From a virus: a DNA stretch of 45,477 nucleotides. This document shows positions 16,501-24,840 of the stretch, piece after piece. Under the pieces are notes generated by a model. The model was not told the DNA's origin and searched no databases. It worked only from the letters and a program-made list of their open reading frames with translations. The translations under genes were made by a program, and so were the position numbers. The stretch is from the IMG/VR virus record IMGVR_UViG_3300045988_117871. One strand, given 5' to 3'. The stretch's first letter is position 1, and every line of letters starts with the position of its first letter.

Positions 16501-17710
16501 GATTTGCCTGCGCATATGTAAAAAGGGTTTCAGCATCTACATAAGCCTTTTCGTCTGTCGTTTGATTCAAAACTAATTTGCTGGCAGTAATATTTACGTC
16601 CTTACTATTTTTCATCGTTTCCGCAGTACGTACAGCCTGCTCCTGTATAACTCTATTTGCATTACGGTCTACGGCAATGCTTACCGAACCGCCAAGACCG
16701 CCAAACACCGCACCAATAGCACCGGAATAAGCGCCTCTTTTGGTGATTTCTCCAAACTCCTGATAAAATTTAAGTATTTGCTCTTGAGTGGAAAGATTCG
16801 CATTTTTAGCCCATATTTCAGCAGCGGCATCCGGGTATTCCTGAATCCATTCAGTAATGCCTTCTGTCAATGCAGTTTTAAAAACTTCTTTAGCCTTACC
16901 GCCCATAGTTGCGATTTTAGCGGCTCTTGCTCCTGCTCCCATGACTTTGCCAAAGCCCACTTTTTCAAGAGCAGACTGTGCAACAGCGTTTAACGACGCC
17001 GCAGCTCTGGCTCTGTCATTAGATACCCCAGCTTCAGTAAGGTCTAAATATTGGCCGCCTGCAATCTGACTGCCCATAAAAGCAGCAGCACTCCAGCCGC
17101 CAGTACTGATTGCAACGCCGACCTGTGCCGCTAATTGTGGTGCATTCTGCAGTAAGTCATAATAAAACTGACCTGCCGCAGTTTCAGCCTTTACTTCTTC
17201 CGGCTTAAATATTTCACTACCACCAATGCGTTTAGCTTCAGTACCAATAGTTTTTAGCTTATCTCCACCAACAGCATACAAAAGCCGTCCTATTGTATCT
17301 GCGCTAAAAACCTTGGATTCCATTGTCAGGTCAGCATCTTTTTTATCTGCTCCCAAATCAGCAAGCAGTGCAACGGTACCATAACCACTACGAGCAACAT
17401 TCTTAAACCCATTTTTCAGTGCTGTAATACTTTTCCAGTTATTTTCTTGCTCACCCCAAAATTCTGCAGCTTTAGTTCCGGCAATGCTCATAAGCACAGG
17501 GTCTTTTAGCGCCTCTGCTGTTCTTGGTGCGATCTGCTCATATTTATTCCAATCATATTCAAAGTTTTTAGGTAAATAATAATCAGGATTACGAGCTGCC
17601 ATTTGAAGCGATATATTATTCGCATTAGCTCCTTGTAATGCTTTCGTCTTTAAATCTTCGGGTATAAACTTTCCGGCCGCAGCTACATCATATAATAAAG
17701 ACCTTGCCAT
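10562..17710 (-). CDS. Giant (2382-aa) polyvalent internal-virion / ejection protein
   Basis: Uninterrupted ORF in the T7 gp16-equivalent position. PARP-like HGS ... GWGLYFAKD motif (about 15338-15430) and HEAVGH (14246-14263). Long helical C-terminal part. Confidence 0.9.
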   Translation of the reverse strand: MARSLLYDVAAAGKFIPEDLKTKALQGANANNISLQMAARNPDYYLPKNFEYDWNKYEQIAPRTAEALKDPVLMSIAGTKAAEFWGEQENNWKSITALKNGFKNVARSGYGTVALLADLGADKKDADLTMESKVFSADTIGRLLYAVGGDKLKTIGTEAKRIGGSEIFKPEEVKAETAAGQFYYDLLQNAPQLAAQVGVAISTGGWSAAAFMGSQIAGGQYLDLTEAGVSNDRARAAASLNAVAQSALEKVGFGKVMGAGARAAKIATMGGKAKEVFKTALTEGITEWIQEYPDAAAEIWAKNANLSTQEQILKFYQEFGEITKRGAYSGAIGAVFGGLGGSVSIAVDRNANRVIQEQAVRTAETMKNSKDVNITASKLVLNQTTDEKAYVDAETLFTYAQANPNMDVKDTFGIEVSELQAAAVRGEDIEMPMGTYCAAEAQNPGFFQAVSNNVAFEQGGYTEERARNKKALQSAYKKALENDEEFRTAVDTFRNELTEAGLNQKETGDVLAILTSRAMIANPDDPMQYFRDNPVSFKRVVSTPKGRYMQTKSANEKLIEDERNFAGIVDEYTAGKINDTKTYNVMTTPLALGLAGGKILPVTIDGSKIKHIFDGHSDGMTPELLKQVPRAMADPMMVLDSYAGRKVVVLDLKDAQRSTIIVPLELDVERNRYQVNAVSSAYGKGGENGTDYDWFIEHNLKKGRVSYINKEKTAKWLQSPGSDSASRGNDLDSLLNNSIPDENALRKRREEMQGYYQTAFHGSPHKFNKFNLENIGTGEGAQSHGWGLYFAKDRSVAGNRYRFIGKAADNSVTFGGRPIMELYDSLERQAGTISDNAEAQKYYDKMALIEDIEYKGSTVDINEENFSPAAVKWFKREIKPRLRIKGSLIEVDIPENNVLLDEQKTLAKQDENVKNLLKNFYKSLRSEQRSAVKEQLKQSVRKNETSEEYSEKINKTRKRDSTLSRLNKILKPLPDTAPKFIQRAKELSMSELKGEGYDIGRLKTDQQYYDSIVNSLQAEQKELQAAIAAEEQTIQEAYNKELETIEKSRGAGLFNSNAITGDNFYAALSEVLGGAKEASIALNKAGIKGITYYGDLDGRAFVVFDDKSIKILNKYNQKVNNDKKGSITWDEEGKAIISLFEGADMSTVIHEAVGHYFIENLMREGALPNATEQMKKDRQTMLDYAGVTKDWDSLSQEEKTAAHERLAEAAETYMLEGKAPSKELQPVFNRFKKWLLAVYNAVFSDKRSKNAVPINDEVRQVFDRMLASEEQISEMERIDGYFSALPDVVLDALSEPRKQMLRNFAAKAHDKAVQLLTKESLVNFNQERKDRIQKYREDVEPQVKEAIAKQPLYMASEQILDIASDLKTAKGVANRYLEGNFDESKMATFDMIAEANGFTSGDELAKTIMSEPSFNGAVNRHIDEMVQDAFPDIYKERGLAEEAARDAMYNDESGLLINTEAQLIEDKAQGLLKGQRDAETLRKLAVARRQTAKIQAQMDLQNRVKLKEALNTQKYITAERNAAAKAAVALENDDYSAAVRYKNVQAFNHACVVESVRLRNQYVKWQNYFRKQAKAKRETWGNERNFIQAAAIMERFGYKRKDYSDFEKTETLSDYLNDMDDLYDNVAVADWIMYEDVRITNPRERMTASQLEDVVNALKNIKAIAKQEMSINALQKGVTYAEFKAEAQETLNKLKTIWKPQVGVTQQPTVMEKLKASLRSTDNLFEMMDDWQYGFFSKHFGAAIREAADNETRKILEYEEKTAQVYREWLPDKAAEKAADYQEKYDELGTSVDKHVLVKMLMNLGNESSARVLCSTRPVGFESSALWVDGDIVQTKINLLDFLGRNLTEADIKYAQAKIDIAEMYWSEMEALETRWTGFSPKKVEASPVELTLSDGKTVVMRGGYFPLMRDGDTGSKHAGQEVISDTDPRQGRNIRTMSTRRGHLKERVKAKYPVNLKRGAEFNVAMDAIHDLCFREVMGDFRKIMNDQEMYTLIKEKLGLADFSAFKEYLERAANPQGTNSGSVGESWMGSVANWLRARTVNAAIMLNLKTAVQNLGNPLLYGNAVDGFGYSDVVAAVSNYSMNMQLAEGYKSAKEFVYSKSPWMKERSVLPDISLRDMKEMESLNPIEKKAVEFGTRLLVTTDNISAIPVWMQAYGKKIRAGAGETEAVDFANTVIRRTLGSSRVTEVAPLLRGGPMLKLFTTFQGFFNTQYNQWAREYNIFLKEKDIMRLTSFVGAKFVMFAFINLMLSAEDPFEEDKDEYQKISKELLTYPMSLAGPVGQVGNAIWSRALGMQTYGYRMTAVQGTIEQMERAAGKVQKVYQGKADYDELVEPTATFVGTALGVPAQLNKLFFNGYDILFNGMDPEVGDIFRRRPKKER

Positions 17711-17711
17711 A

Positions 17712-19997
17712 TTACCACTCCTCGTTAATTTCTCCTCTTAATGTCGCTAAATGACGCTGTTTTATAGATTCTAAAACATCACTAAAATTCATTGCCGCCA
17801 AACCAGTGCGCTCACTGGCTCCCCAATCACTAAACCAGGGAGTGCTTTCATTTTGCTGTACTGCCGTATTACTTTGCTGCGGAATATCCAGTAAATGCGG
17901 GGCTGCATCCACTCCATCACGGACCGCCATAGCCGCAATCTGTTTATTAAGTTCTTGGATATCCATAGGACTATTATAAACAGCAGCATATTGAAGCGCT
18001 GAAACCTGGTATTTATCATTAGGATTTATGGATTCAAAAACTGTTCTTGCCTGTCCTAAATCAATATTATTGCCATTCTGTCTTTGATAAGCATCTATAT
18101 AAGGATAAAGTTTCGGAGAAAGGCTGCTCTTTAACGAACCCCATTCACGTTGTTTGCTATTAAAGTTTTTATAAATAGCTTTGTTCTCAAAGGCTTTATT
18201 CAAAACTTCCATTCCTGTTGCAAATCTCACCTCAGGATCTGTGACATTCTCCAATGCACTATCCAAATACGCCTGCAATTCTCCTCGTTCCATTTTATCG
18301 TCTATAGTTTCATTAACTATAGTTATCAATCGTTTATCAATCTCTTTATTTCTTGGGTCTTGTTCTCTAACCAAAGACAATAATCTGTTTCTATCAGCAC
18401 TACCCAACATAGTTGCGTTTTGATTGATTAATGATACTGCCTCGGACGGAGTCACAGTGCCATCGGTAATTGCATCCTTAATTTTTTTATAAACTGCACC
18501 GTTAGAAGATTCAGCAGCTGCTTTACCTTGTATTCCAATCAAGTCATTGCCGAATTTTAAAAGGTTCATTTCAATATCAACATCGCCGCCAGAAACATTA
18601 TATACAAGGCTTTGAAACTCGTTAGGATCAATAACACCAGACTTAAATTTATTCCACATTTCTTGTTGCACGCTATCAATAATTCTTTTCTTATGGTTAT
18701 TTTTTATTGCATTATTATAATTAACTTGGGTAACATAAGCATCCCATGCTTTATCTTTATCTTCTATGGATACATTTCTTCCTCTAGGTCTTGCGAAACC
18801 AGAAATATTTGCATAATCAAGTGAAATTTCCGCAACTCCATGATCTCCACTTTGTATTACTGTTCCAGTTTTGGCATCATATATCCCAACATGATCAACA
18901 TCATTTGGATCTCCTCCATAATTCCAATAAACAATATCACCACTTCGCAGTTGAGATTTGTCGGTAAATATCAATCCGGCATCTTTCATATCTTCAAATT
19001 GTGTAGGAGCCCAAGTATTACCTTCCTTACCTCCACCTGCAGCAATCCAATTATTACTTCTTATTGTACATGTGTTAGTCCCATAATTATTCCCAATATC
19101 TTCTCTTGCACTTCTGACAGCAGCTTCACCATCATATCCAAAAGCATCGCCGTAAATATACTGCCTAGCAGCTTCATAATCATCACCAAATCGTTCATGC
19201 GCGGTTATGCCTGTATAATGTTCGTATTCTCTTTCTTTTCTAGCATGTGCAATCCTAGAATAAGCAAGCCTAGTTTCATCAGGCATGAAAGCTCCCCACT
19301 TTTCTATCATCGCCCCAGCTCTGTCAATATCGCCATTAGCTAAAGCAGTTCCAACAAGCGATGCCATTTTAGGAGCTAATAATCTTTTAGCTTCGCTTTT
19401 TATAAACTCGGGATCTTGCCCTTTATATCTATCCATAACAAGAGTAGCGCTTTTATCAAATTCCGACTTTATCAAAGCGTCGTTGTCATAATTTTGCATT
19501 GCAAAATTAAAATTTTCATCAATATTATTTGATAATGCTAAATCTTTATTAGCTTCAACCTGTTTATATTCATGTTGTCCAACCAACATAAATCTTTTCT
19601 GTGCATCATTATTAGCCCAATTATTAAAAACGCTAGAAGTTCTTTCAAGACGGAAATTATATTTTCCCATAATCTCTTGTCTTATTTTTTGTTCCTCGCT
19701 CTGAAATTTACCAGCAATCCCCTCTGCATTAGCATATTGAGTGTACATTAAACCATTCTGTGGATTATACAACAAATCAGAAATTCGTTTATCATATTCA
19801 GCATCAGCTTCTACAACTCTGGATTGATCAACACTTTCTATAAATTTCTGATAAGCTTCATTCACCGCACCCAATCCTCTACCAATGGCCTCGTATCCAG
19901 CGCCATTGCCGCCGTAACTGTTTAAATCGCCCGGGCGCTGTACTTGTCCCTGTATTGTATTAGGATTGACCTGTGAAGGATATTGACTGAATTTCAT
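17712..19997 (-). CDS. Internal virion protein with NlpC/P60- or CHAP-type peptidoglycan endopeptidase domain
   Basis: 761 aa with SD GGAGG at 9 nt. Cys in GTNTCTIRSNNW and SGDIVYW...DHVGIYDAKTGTVIQSG (about 18830-19100). Confidence 0.8.
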   Translation of the reverse strand: MKFSQYPSQVNPNTIQGQVQRPGDLNSYGGNGAGYEAIGRGLGAVNEAYQKFIESVDQSRVVEADAEYDKRISDLLYNPQNGLMYTQYANAEGIAGKFQSEEQKIRQEIMGKYNFRLERTSSVFNNWANNDAQKRFMLVGQHEYKQVEANKDLALSNNIDENFNFAMQNYDNDALIKSEFDKSATLVMDRYKGQDPEFIKSEAKRLLAPKMASLVGTALANGDIDRAGAMIEKWGAFMPDETRLAYSRIAHARKEREYEHYTGITAHERFGDDYEAARQYIYGDAFGYDGEAAVRSAREDIGNNYGTNTCTIRSNNWIAAGGGKEGNTWAPTQFEDMKDAGLIFTDKSQLRSGDIVYWNYGGDPNDVDHVGIYDAKTGTVIQSGDHGVAEISLDYANISGFARPRGRNVSIEDKDKAWDAYVTQVNYNNAIKNNHKKRIIDSVQQEMWNKFKSGVIDPNEFQSLVYNVSGGDVDIEMNLLKFGNDLIGIQGKAAAESSNGAVYKKIKDAITDGTVTPSEAVSLINQNATMLGSADRNRLLSLVREQDPRNKEIDKRLITIVNETIDDKMERGELQAYLDSALENVTDPEVRFATGMEVLNKAFENKAIYKNFNSKQREWGSLKSSLSPKLYPYIDAYQRQNGNNIDLGQARTVFESINPNDKYQVSALQYAAVYNSPMDIQELNKQIAAMAVRDGVDAAPHLLDIPQQSNTAVQQNESTPWFSDWGASERTGLAAMNFSDVLESIKQRHLATLRGEINEEW

Positions 19998-20021
19998 AGG
20001 TTTAGACCTCCTTTTTAGGTA

Positions 20022-20056
20022 TAGAAAAAGCGCTTTAACAAATTGTTAAGCGCTTA
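20022..20056 (-). terminator. Intrinsic terminator on the minus strand, just upstream of the next virion gene's SD
   Basis: AAGCGCTTAACA-ATTT-GTTAAAGCGCTT followed by TTTTCT. Confidence 0.6.
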
Positions 20057-20071
20057 AAGGTATGTTATAAT
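20043..20071 (+). promoter_or_regulatory. Promoter of the toxin mRNA
   Basis: TTGTTA (20043-20048), 17-nt spacer, TGtTATAAT (extended -10, TATAAT at 20066-20071). Confidence 0.6.
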
Positions 20072-20122
20072 GTTGTCCGAGATAGTCAGTGTGTTGGCTT
20101 CCCTTACGGGGGGTGATAGCTA

Positions 20123-20200
20123 TTGTCAACTTATGAAGCGTTGTCTTTGATGATTGCTTTTAGTACATTAATAGCTATTGTCATTTTAGGCTGTAAATAG
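20123..20200 (+). CDS. Type I toxin candidate: 25-aa hydrophobic peptide (TxpA/BsrG/Hol-Tox-like)
   Basis: Below the ORF-track cutoff. SD GGGGGGTGA lies 7 nt before the TTG at 20123. Peptide (M)STYEALSLMIAFSTLIAIVILGCK, stop TAG at 20198-20200. Confidence 0.6.
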   Translation: MSTYEALSLMIAFSTLIAIVILGCK

Positions 20201-20296
20201 CCATGAAATAAGCCGCTAACACCAGTGGCGCGCGGCTTCCTTTCACGTTTTACGATTATGAGGGAGAGCCAGCGTGCGACCACTGACTATCTCTTT
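20200..20296 (-). ncRNA. Candidate antisense antitoxin RNA (3'-end-overlapping type); extent uncertain, may run to 20022
   Basis: Driven by the 20303-20331 promoter. Convergent with the toxin mRNA. Shared GC hairpin at 20210-20238. Confidence 0.4.
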
Positions 20297-20302
20297 TCGT
20301 TT

Positions 20303-20331
20303 ATTATATAATACATTTCGTACCAATGCAA
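20303..20331 (-). promoter_or_regulatory. Promoter of the antisense RNA
   Basis: On the minus strand: TTGCAT (20331-20326), 17-nt spacer, TATAAT (20308-20303). Confidence 0.6.
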
Positions 20332-20333
20332 GT

Positions 20334-20969
20334 TTAGAAGTAAGGATATTTTGATTTACCAAGTGGCGCGATGCCCGAATATGGACTTGTGTAATTATTT
20401 TGATAAGGCGACTGATAAACAAAGCCTCCGTTGGATGAACCACCTGTTTTCCCGCTGCCGCCGTAATTTTTATATGCGCCAAAAATACCAGCAGCAGTAC
20501 CCAAGATAGTGCCTATATTCTGCTGCTTGGCCTGTTGTTTCACGTTATAAGCAGAAGCTCTTGCAGCGTTAGCCTGGTTCTTGTAATTCACTACACCAAG
20601 ATAGTTACTCCATTGGTCGTTGCGCTGATTACTCAAAAGCTGGTTACTGTCTTTTCTATAAGCCCTAAAGCTGGAATCACTAAGGTCAAGAGCTGTCCCC
20701 ATATCGCCACTGATGCCTGCTGCGCCAAATGCGGCGGCCTGCTGACCTGCTACAAGGCGACGACGATCATTGAGCTTTTGCTGCTCATAAGCGTACTGCT
20801 CCGCTATCTGCTCCCCCTTCTTTGCCTGTATATCAGCGTTTTGTTCTGCAGCCTGTGCCTGCGCATCGTAATAAGCCTGCTGCGCTTTAGCCTGTTGGTT
20901 CGTCGCAGCTATTTGCGATACTCCCTGCAAAGCAGTCAATCCCATCATCATACCTACAGATAAACACAT
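20334..20969 (-). CDS. Internal virion protein (T7 gp14-position, Gln/Ala-rich)
   Basis: 211 aa with SD GAGGAGGGGAG at 8 nt. N-terminal hydrophobic segment and a Q/A-rich helical region. Confidence 0.75.
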   Translation of the reverse strand: MCLSVGMMMGLTALQGVSQIAATNQQAKAQQAYYDAQAQAAEQNADIQAKKGEQIAEQYAYEQQKLNDRRRLVAGQQAAAFGAAGISGDMGTALDLSDSSFRAYRKDSNQLLSNQRNDQWSNYLGVVNYKNQANAARASAYNVKQQAKQQNIGTILGTAAGIFGAYKNYGGSGKTGGSSNGGFVYQSPYQNNYTSPYSGIAPLGKSKYPYF

Positions 20970-21455
20970 TTATATACTCCCCTCCTCAATCACGAACGGA
21001 AGAAACTCTTTTCCGTTCTTTTTTATTTTTATAGGAGCTAAGAACATTGCTCCCAACCTATCAAGCCACCGTATAGAAGCAGAATTGCCGCTGTAAACAT
21101 AATTATAAAGCCGTCCATATTCTTTTACCCATTTTGAAATTAAAAGCCTGGCAACGCAAATAAGCAGCTCTTTTTTGAAACTGCTTATCCTTTTTGTCGC
21201 CAACATCCAAATCTCTTTACCCTGAACGCCTGGAATTTCAGTTAATCCTACAATACAAAGAATGTTATCTTCCATATCTTTATAAATGTAACAATGATCT
21301 GCATTTTCAATACTACCGGCAACAAGCATTATTTCGTCTTCCTCATATGCTTCCAGCTCCTGCCTATCACTATCTCTCAAATCTTTCAGCAGCGCTACAG
21401 CAATTCCAATAGCGTTATCAACGTCAGCCAATTCGACCTTATACTTTTTAGCCAC
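20970..21455 (-). CDS. Small virion-associated protein (T7 gp13-position; GNAT-like fold possible)
   Basis: The GTG at 21455 follows GAGGAAGGTGA by 6 nt; the track start at 21458 is a TTG. About 161 aa. Confidence 0.7.
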   Translation of the reverse strand: MAKKYKVELADVDNAIGIAVALLKDLRDSDRQELEAYEEDEIMLVAGSIENADHCYIYKDMEDNILCIVGLTEIPGVQGKEIWMLATKRISSFKKELLICVARLLISKWVKEYGRLYNYVYSGNSASIRWLDRLGAMFLAPIKIKKNGKEFLPFVIEEGSI

Positions 21456-24216
21456 CAAAAGTCACCTTCCTCGTTACGCTGAGCAAATTAAACGGATAAG
21501 GTTCAGTACTTGTAATACAAAGTCTTCCATCACGATCAAACCCACCTGCCGGTGGAGTTGCCGTTTTATCTCCACTATACAATTTCATATTCTCAGTAAC
21601 GCTAAATTCATCATAAGCAATAGCATCCTGATTTCCAAATTCAGTACCAACTTCACCTCCGAGAGTATTTTCAATGCGTAAAATCGCCTCTGACACCTGC
21701 TTAAACCTGCCCTGCATAGTTCCGTCCTGTAATTGAATTTCAACATTAGGAAGCTCAATATTCATAGTATACGGTAGACCTGCAACCGCACGTTTAATTT
21801 GTATAGGTAATTCAACAGTACCGTCATCAAGCACTTTATAATTTCTCAATACACGCCCATCGCCTAAAAGAGTAATATTATTGCCGGCAAGGTGACCAAG
21901 CCCTGTTACAATATTAGTCGCCTCATCCATATCATACTTTTTAGCGCAATCTAACATTACATAATCATTCGGACCATCACCGTCATAGTTATTGTCAAAC
22001 CGCTCAATATAACGGACAGTTTCTCCATTTACCACACGTTTAACAACAACATATACACTATCCTCATCACCTTCAGGAATGTTCACTACAGCTTCAAATT
22101 CACCGTCAGTAATAATTCTTGACCATGCATATACTTCCTGTTCTCTTATGTAAGACAGACACGCTATCGTACCATCACTGCGCACAAAGTAAATTATGCT
22201 GTCCGGCTCCTGCTTATAAGCAGAATCAGTAATCGAAAGTCCCTTTATAATTTGTCCCGCCAGTATCGTCAATTCCATACCGCCATAGCTGTCGGTTTCA
22301 AAACTGTAGCCCATATCCCGCACTGTCGAACCACGTCCCTGTACGAATACAATTCTATTGCCAATTGTAAGCGGCTCACAATTGCTGCAGCCCCTGGTAG
22401 TTTGCATCTTCGGTGTGATATTCGTCGGTGTCACGACCTCGCTCCCTGAAACGATCCATTCATTGCCCTGCGTTAAAACAAGCAAATCCACAGACGGAAT
22501 TAAATGTAAAATATCAAATTGTTTCCTGCTGATAAACGAAGCGGCAATAGCGCTATCATCTGTTACTGTACCACTGACCTTTTCTACGCCAAAATTAGGA
22601 TAATCACCGCTTCTAGACATCCAAACCATATACGGTCTTTTATTATTTCCACCAAAGCAAAGTCTGTCTTGAAAAAAACATACCGTTTTTGGATAACCGA
22701 AATTGCTATTCCAAGCCCCAAAAGCATAAGTAGTAGTACTTTCTGTAGAACCAAACGGTTCGTTTACCATAGCTTTAATATTATATTCGTCGATATAACT
22801 AACTATTTTAGCTGTGCCGTCTTTAGTATACGGCAGTGCAGTAAGCGTAACAGTCAGATCACCGCTTGTTATAGAAGCTTCTATTCTCAAATAAGTTGTA
22901 TCTGTTACTGTACCGCTTTCAGTAGCATTAAAATTATTTGTAGCAGAATATTTACGATATTCTTTCCACGTTGTACCATCCTCACTTTTTTGCACTTGAA
23001 AACTTCCAGTCCACGTTCCACCAGAAATAACCTTCCAGCTTTCTCCAACGACAACCGCTCCAGTTGTTCCTGCAGCATTGTCTTTCAAATTTAATTCTAC
23101 CGAGGACGATTCTACCTCATGTGTCAGCCTAATATTACCATCAATCAATCCCTCGTTAAAAATAGGCCTATTGCTTGTAATGGTCACAGTACCTGTTGTA
23201 CTGGACGGTGTAACCTTCGGATTATCCTGAAACGCTATAGTAACCCAGCCATTTGCCCCATCTGTCCCTGAAAGATTGTTATCATCATAAGCAACGCCTT
23301 TCTTACCGCCAATGCCACCATTGCCATAATTGATTCCATCACTTCCGTTTTTTGCTCCATGCTCTTCTGAATAAGCCGCAGTAGCTCCTCCACCGCCTTG
23401 CGCTACCCAGCCAAAAGCACTACTGCTTCCACCGTTGCCGCCAGCATTACCATAACCGGCTCCATAATGTACGGCTCCGCCTTTTCCTCCGGCTCCTACG
23501 GTTACAGGAAAACTATCACCTTCGGTCAAATCCATCTCAAAACTGTAAAATCCACCACGTCCGCCAGTCCCGCCAGAGCTTTGTTTATCACTTGCTTTCC
23601 TTGCCACACCACTGCCACCGCCACCAGCACCTGCAACTTCTATTGTGTAGCGGCCATCTTTTGGCACTGTATACGTATAATCACCAGGAGACGTATAAAC
23701 AGCGCTCTCAACTAAATCCATCATAACCTCATCTTCAAAATACGCATGAGTAATTTCAAAATCGCCAAACTTCCAGTCCGTTTCGCTGTATCTTGCTAAT
23801 TGTTTCACCGGATAACTACCGCTCGTAATATATATAACATCCGCAGACTGAGCAAATCTTAATTTTTCCAAATCGGATTCTGTAAAAGGAGTTACTATCT
23901 CTATACCAAGATATTCCCCGTTTCTATGTATTCTGATATACTGATCCCCTATTTCAAGCAAATAATTAATATCGTCAGTAAAATTAAACCCCGCCAGAAT
24001 ACATCTCTTATCAGCATATTTTGTAGCAATACAGTAAACAGTTCCGCTGCGACGATACACGGGCCCATAAGGGCGAATATAACAATTCTCAGCAGTCAAA
24101 AGCGCATACTGATATTTATCCAGATCAACGCGGTTAGCTACCGCATTAGATATCTCTCCTGCAGTAAATGCCGGCTGCAGTACATAAAAAGGATTTGGTC
24201 CACTTCCTCTAGCCAT
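21448..24216 (-). CDS. Tail tubular protein B / nozzle (gp12-like) with a glycine-rich insertion
   Basis: ATG at 24216 with SD GAGGA at 9 nt, 5 nt after the upstream stop. The track's earlier start would overlap the previous gene by 134 nt. Confidence 0.8.
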   Translation of the reverse strand: MARGSGPNPFYVLQPAFTAGEISNAVANRVDLDKYQYALLTAENCYIRPYGPVYRRSGTVYCIATKYADKRCILAGFNFTDDINYLLEIGDQYIRIHRNGEYLGIEIVTPFTESDLEKLRFAQSADVIYITSGSYPVKQLARYSETDWKFGDFEITHAYFEDEVMMDLVESAVYTSPGDYTYTVPKDGRYTIEVAGAGGGGSGVARKASDKQSSGGTGGRGGFYSFEMDLTEGDSFPVTVGAGGKGGAVHYGAGYGNAGGNGGSSSAFGWVAQGGGGATAAYSEEHGAKNGSDGINYGNGGIGGKKGVAYDDNNLSGTDGANGWVTIAFQDNPKVTPSSTTGTVTITSNRPIFNEGLIDGNIRLTHEVESSSVELNLKDNAAGTTGAVVVGESWKVISGGTWTGSFQVQKSEDGTTWKEYRKYSATNNFNATESGTVTDTTYLRIEASITSGDLTVTLTALPYTKDGTAKIVSYIDEYNIKAMVNEPFGSTESTTTYAFGAWNSNFGYPKTVCFFQDRLCFGGNNKRPYMVWMSRSGDYPNFGVEKVSGTVTDDSAIAASFISRKQFDILHLIPSVDLLVLTQGNEWIVSGSEVVTPTNITPKMQTTRGCSNCEPLTIGNRIVFVQGRGSTVRDMGYSFETDSYGGMELTILAGQIIKGLSITDSAYKQEPDSIIYFVRSDGTIACLSYIREQEVYAWSRIITDGEFEAVVNIPEGDEDSVYVVVKRVVNGETVRYIERFDNNYDGDGPNDYVMLDCAKKYDMDEATNIVTGLGHLAGNNITLLGDGRVLRNYKVLDDGTVELPIQIKRAVAGLPYTMNIELPNVEIQLQDGTMQGRFKQVSEAILRIENTLGGEVGTEFGNQDAIAYDEFSVTENMKLYSGDKTATPPAGGFDRDGRLCITSTEPYPFNLLSVTRKVTFGG

Positions 24217-24220
24217 AAGT

Positions 24221-24814
24221 TCACATCCTCGCAGTAAAGTATTTATCAGGGTAATCCAGCTTATCCTGACGTTCAGCGGCCGTAGTATATTTTGCCCTGT
24301 TAAGAGCTGCCTGTGCCAGTTGATATTGTGTCTGCTGGATAGTCCCATTGCCATTTAACTGTAAGCAAATATTAAAAGCCAACATCCTCGCCAACGCCTC
24401 AACAAAATCAGAACTGAAAAGCTCTGCATCCTCTGCGTCATATGTGTACTCCAAATATGCTTGGTACACATCACATCCTATAGCCTGCGTATTATCACTA
24501 ATCAAAAACAAATCATACTTATCTTTATCCAAGCTGTTTACAGTCTCTTTCTCATTAAAAATACGTCTTGCACACACACATTTTTCTGGATATGCATATA
24601 CATACTTCCAATCAGGATTTGAAGCATCCAGTTCTGCAAGCCTAATAATCCTCTTGGCAAAGCCCCAGCTATATTCACGCAATAGACCTTTTCGGCTATG
24701 GTCATAAAACAGCTTGCACTGCCTTGCAAGTTCGTTATTCTCGTCAATAGAAGAAATGCGGCCTTTAGCTAAATAAGCCAAGGCCATATTGCAAATATCT
24801 GTATTATTCATCAC
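24221..24814 (-). CDS. Tail tubular protein A / adaptor (gp11-like)
   Basis: 197 aa, GTG at 24814 or ATG at 24811 after GGAGGTG. Size and position match podoviral gp11. Confidence 0.75.
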   Translation of the reverse strand: MMNNTDICNMALAYLAKGRISSIDENNELARQCKLFYDHSRKGLLREYSWGFAKRIIRLAELDASNPDWKYVYAYPEKCVCARRIFNEKETVNSLDKDKYDLFLISDNTQAIGCDVYQAYLEYTYDAEDAELFSSDFVEALARMLAFNICLQLNGNGTIQQTQYQLAQAALNRAKYTTAAERQDKLDYPDKYFTARM

Positions 24815-24840
24815 GGAAACACCTCCATGTTATTTTCCTC

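Noticed and set aside
20275-20284. The 10-mer TGCGACCACT, shared with the left att arm (175-184), as an extra integrase site inside the TA cassette.
   Set aside because: It is a single short match. Isolated TGCGACC/GGTCGCA heptamers also occur elsewhere (for example around 32220), consistent with chance.
20243-20482. 79-aa minus-strand ORF spanning the end of the gp14-like gene and the TA gap. Also the 77-aa ORF at 8244-8477 opposite the 43-aa moron.
   Set aside because: Both are out-of-frame or antisense to better-supported features, lack an SD, and give implausible translations.
24217-24354. N-terminal 46-codon extension of the tail tubular B ORF (track start 24354).
   Set aside because: It would overlap the upstream gene by 134 nt and has no SD. 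The ATG at 24216 has GAGGA at 9 nt and follows the upstream stop by 5 nt.
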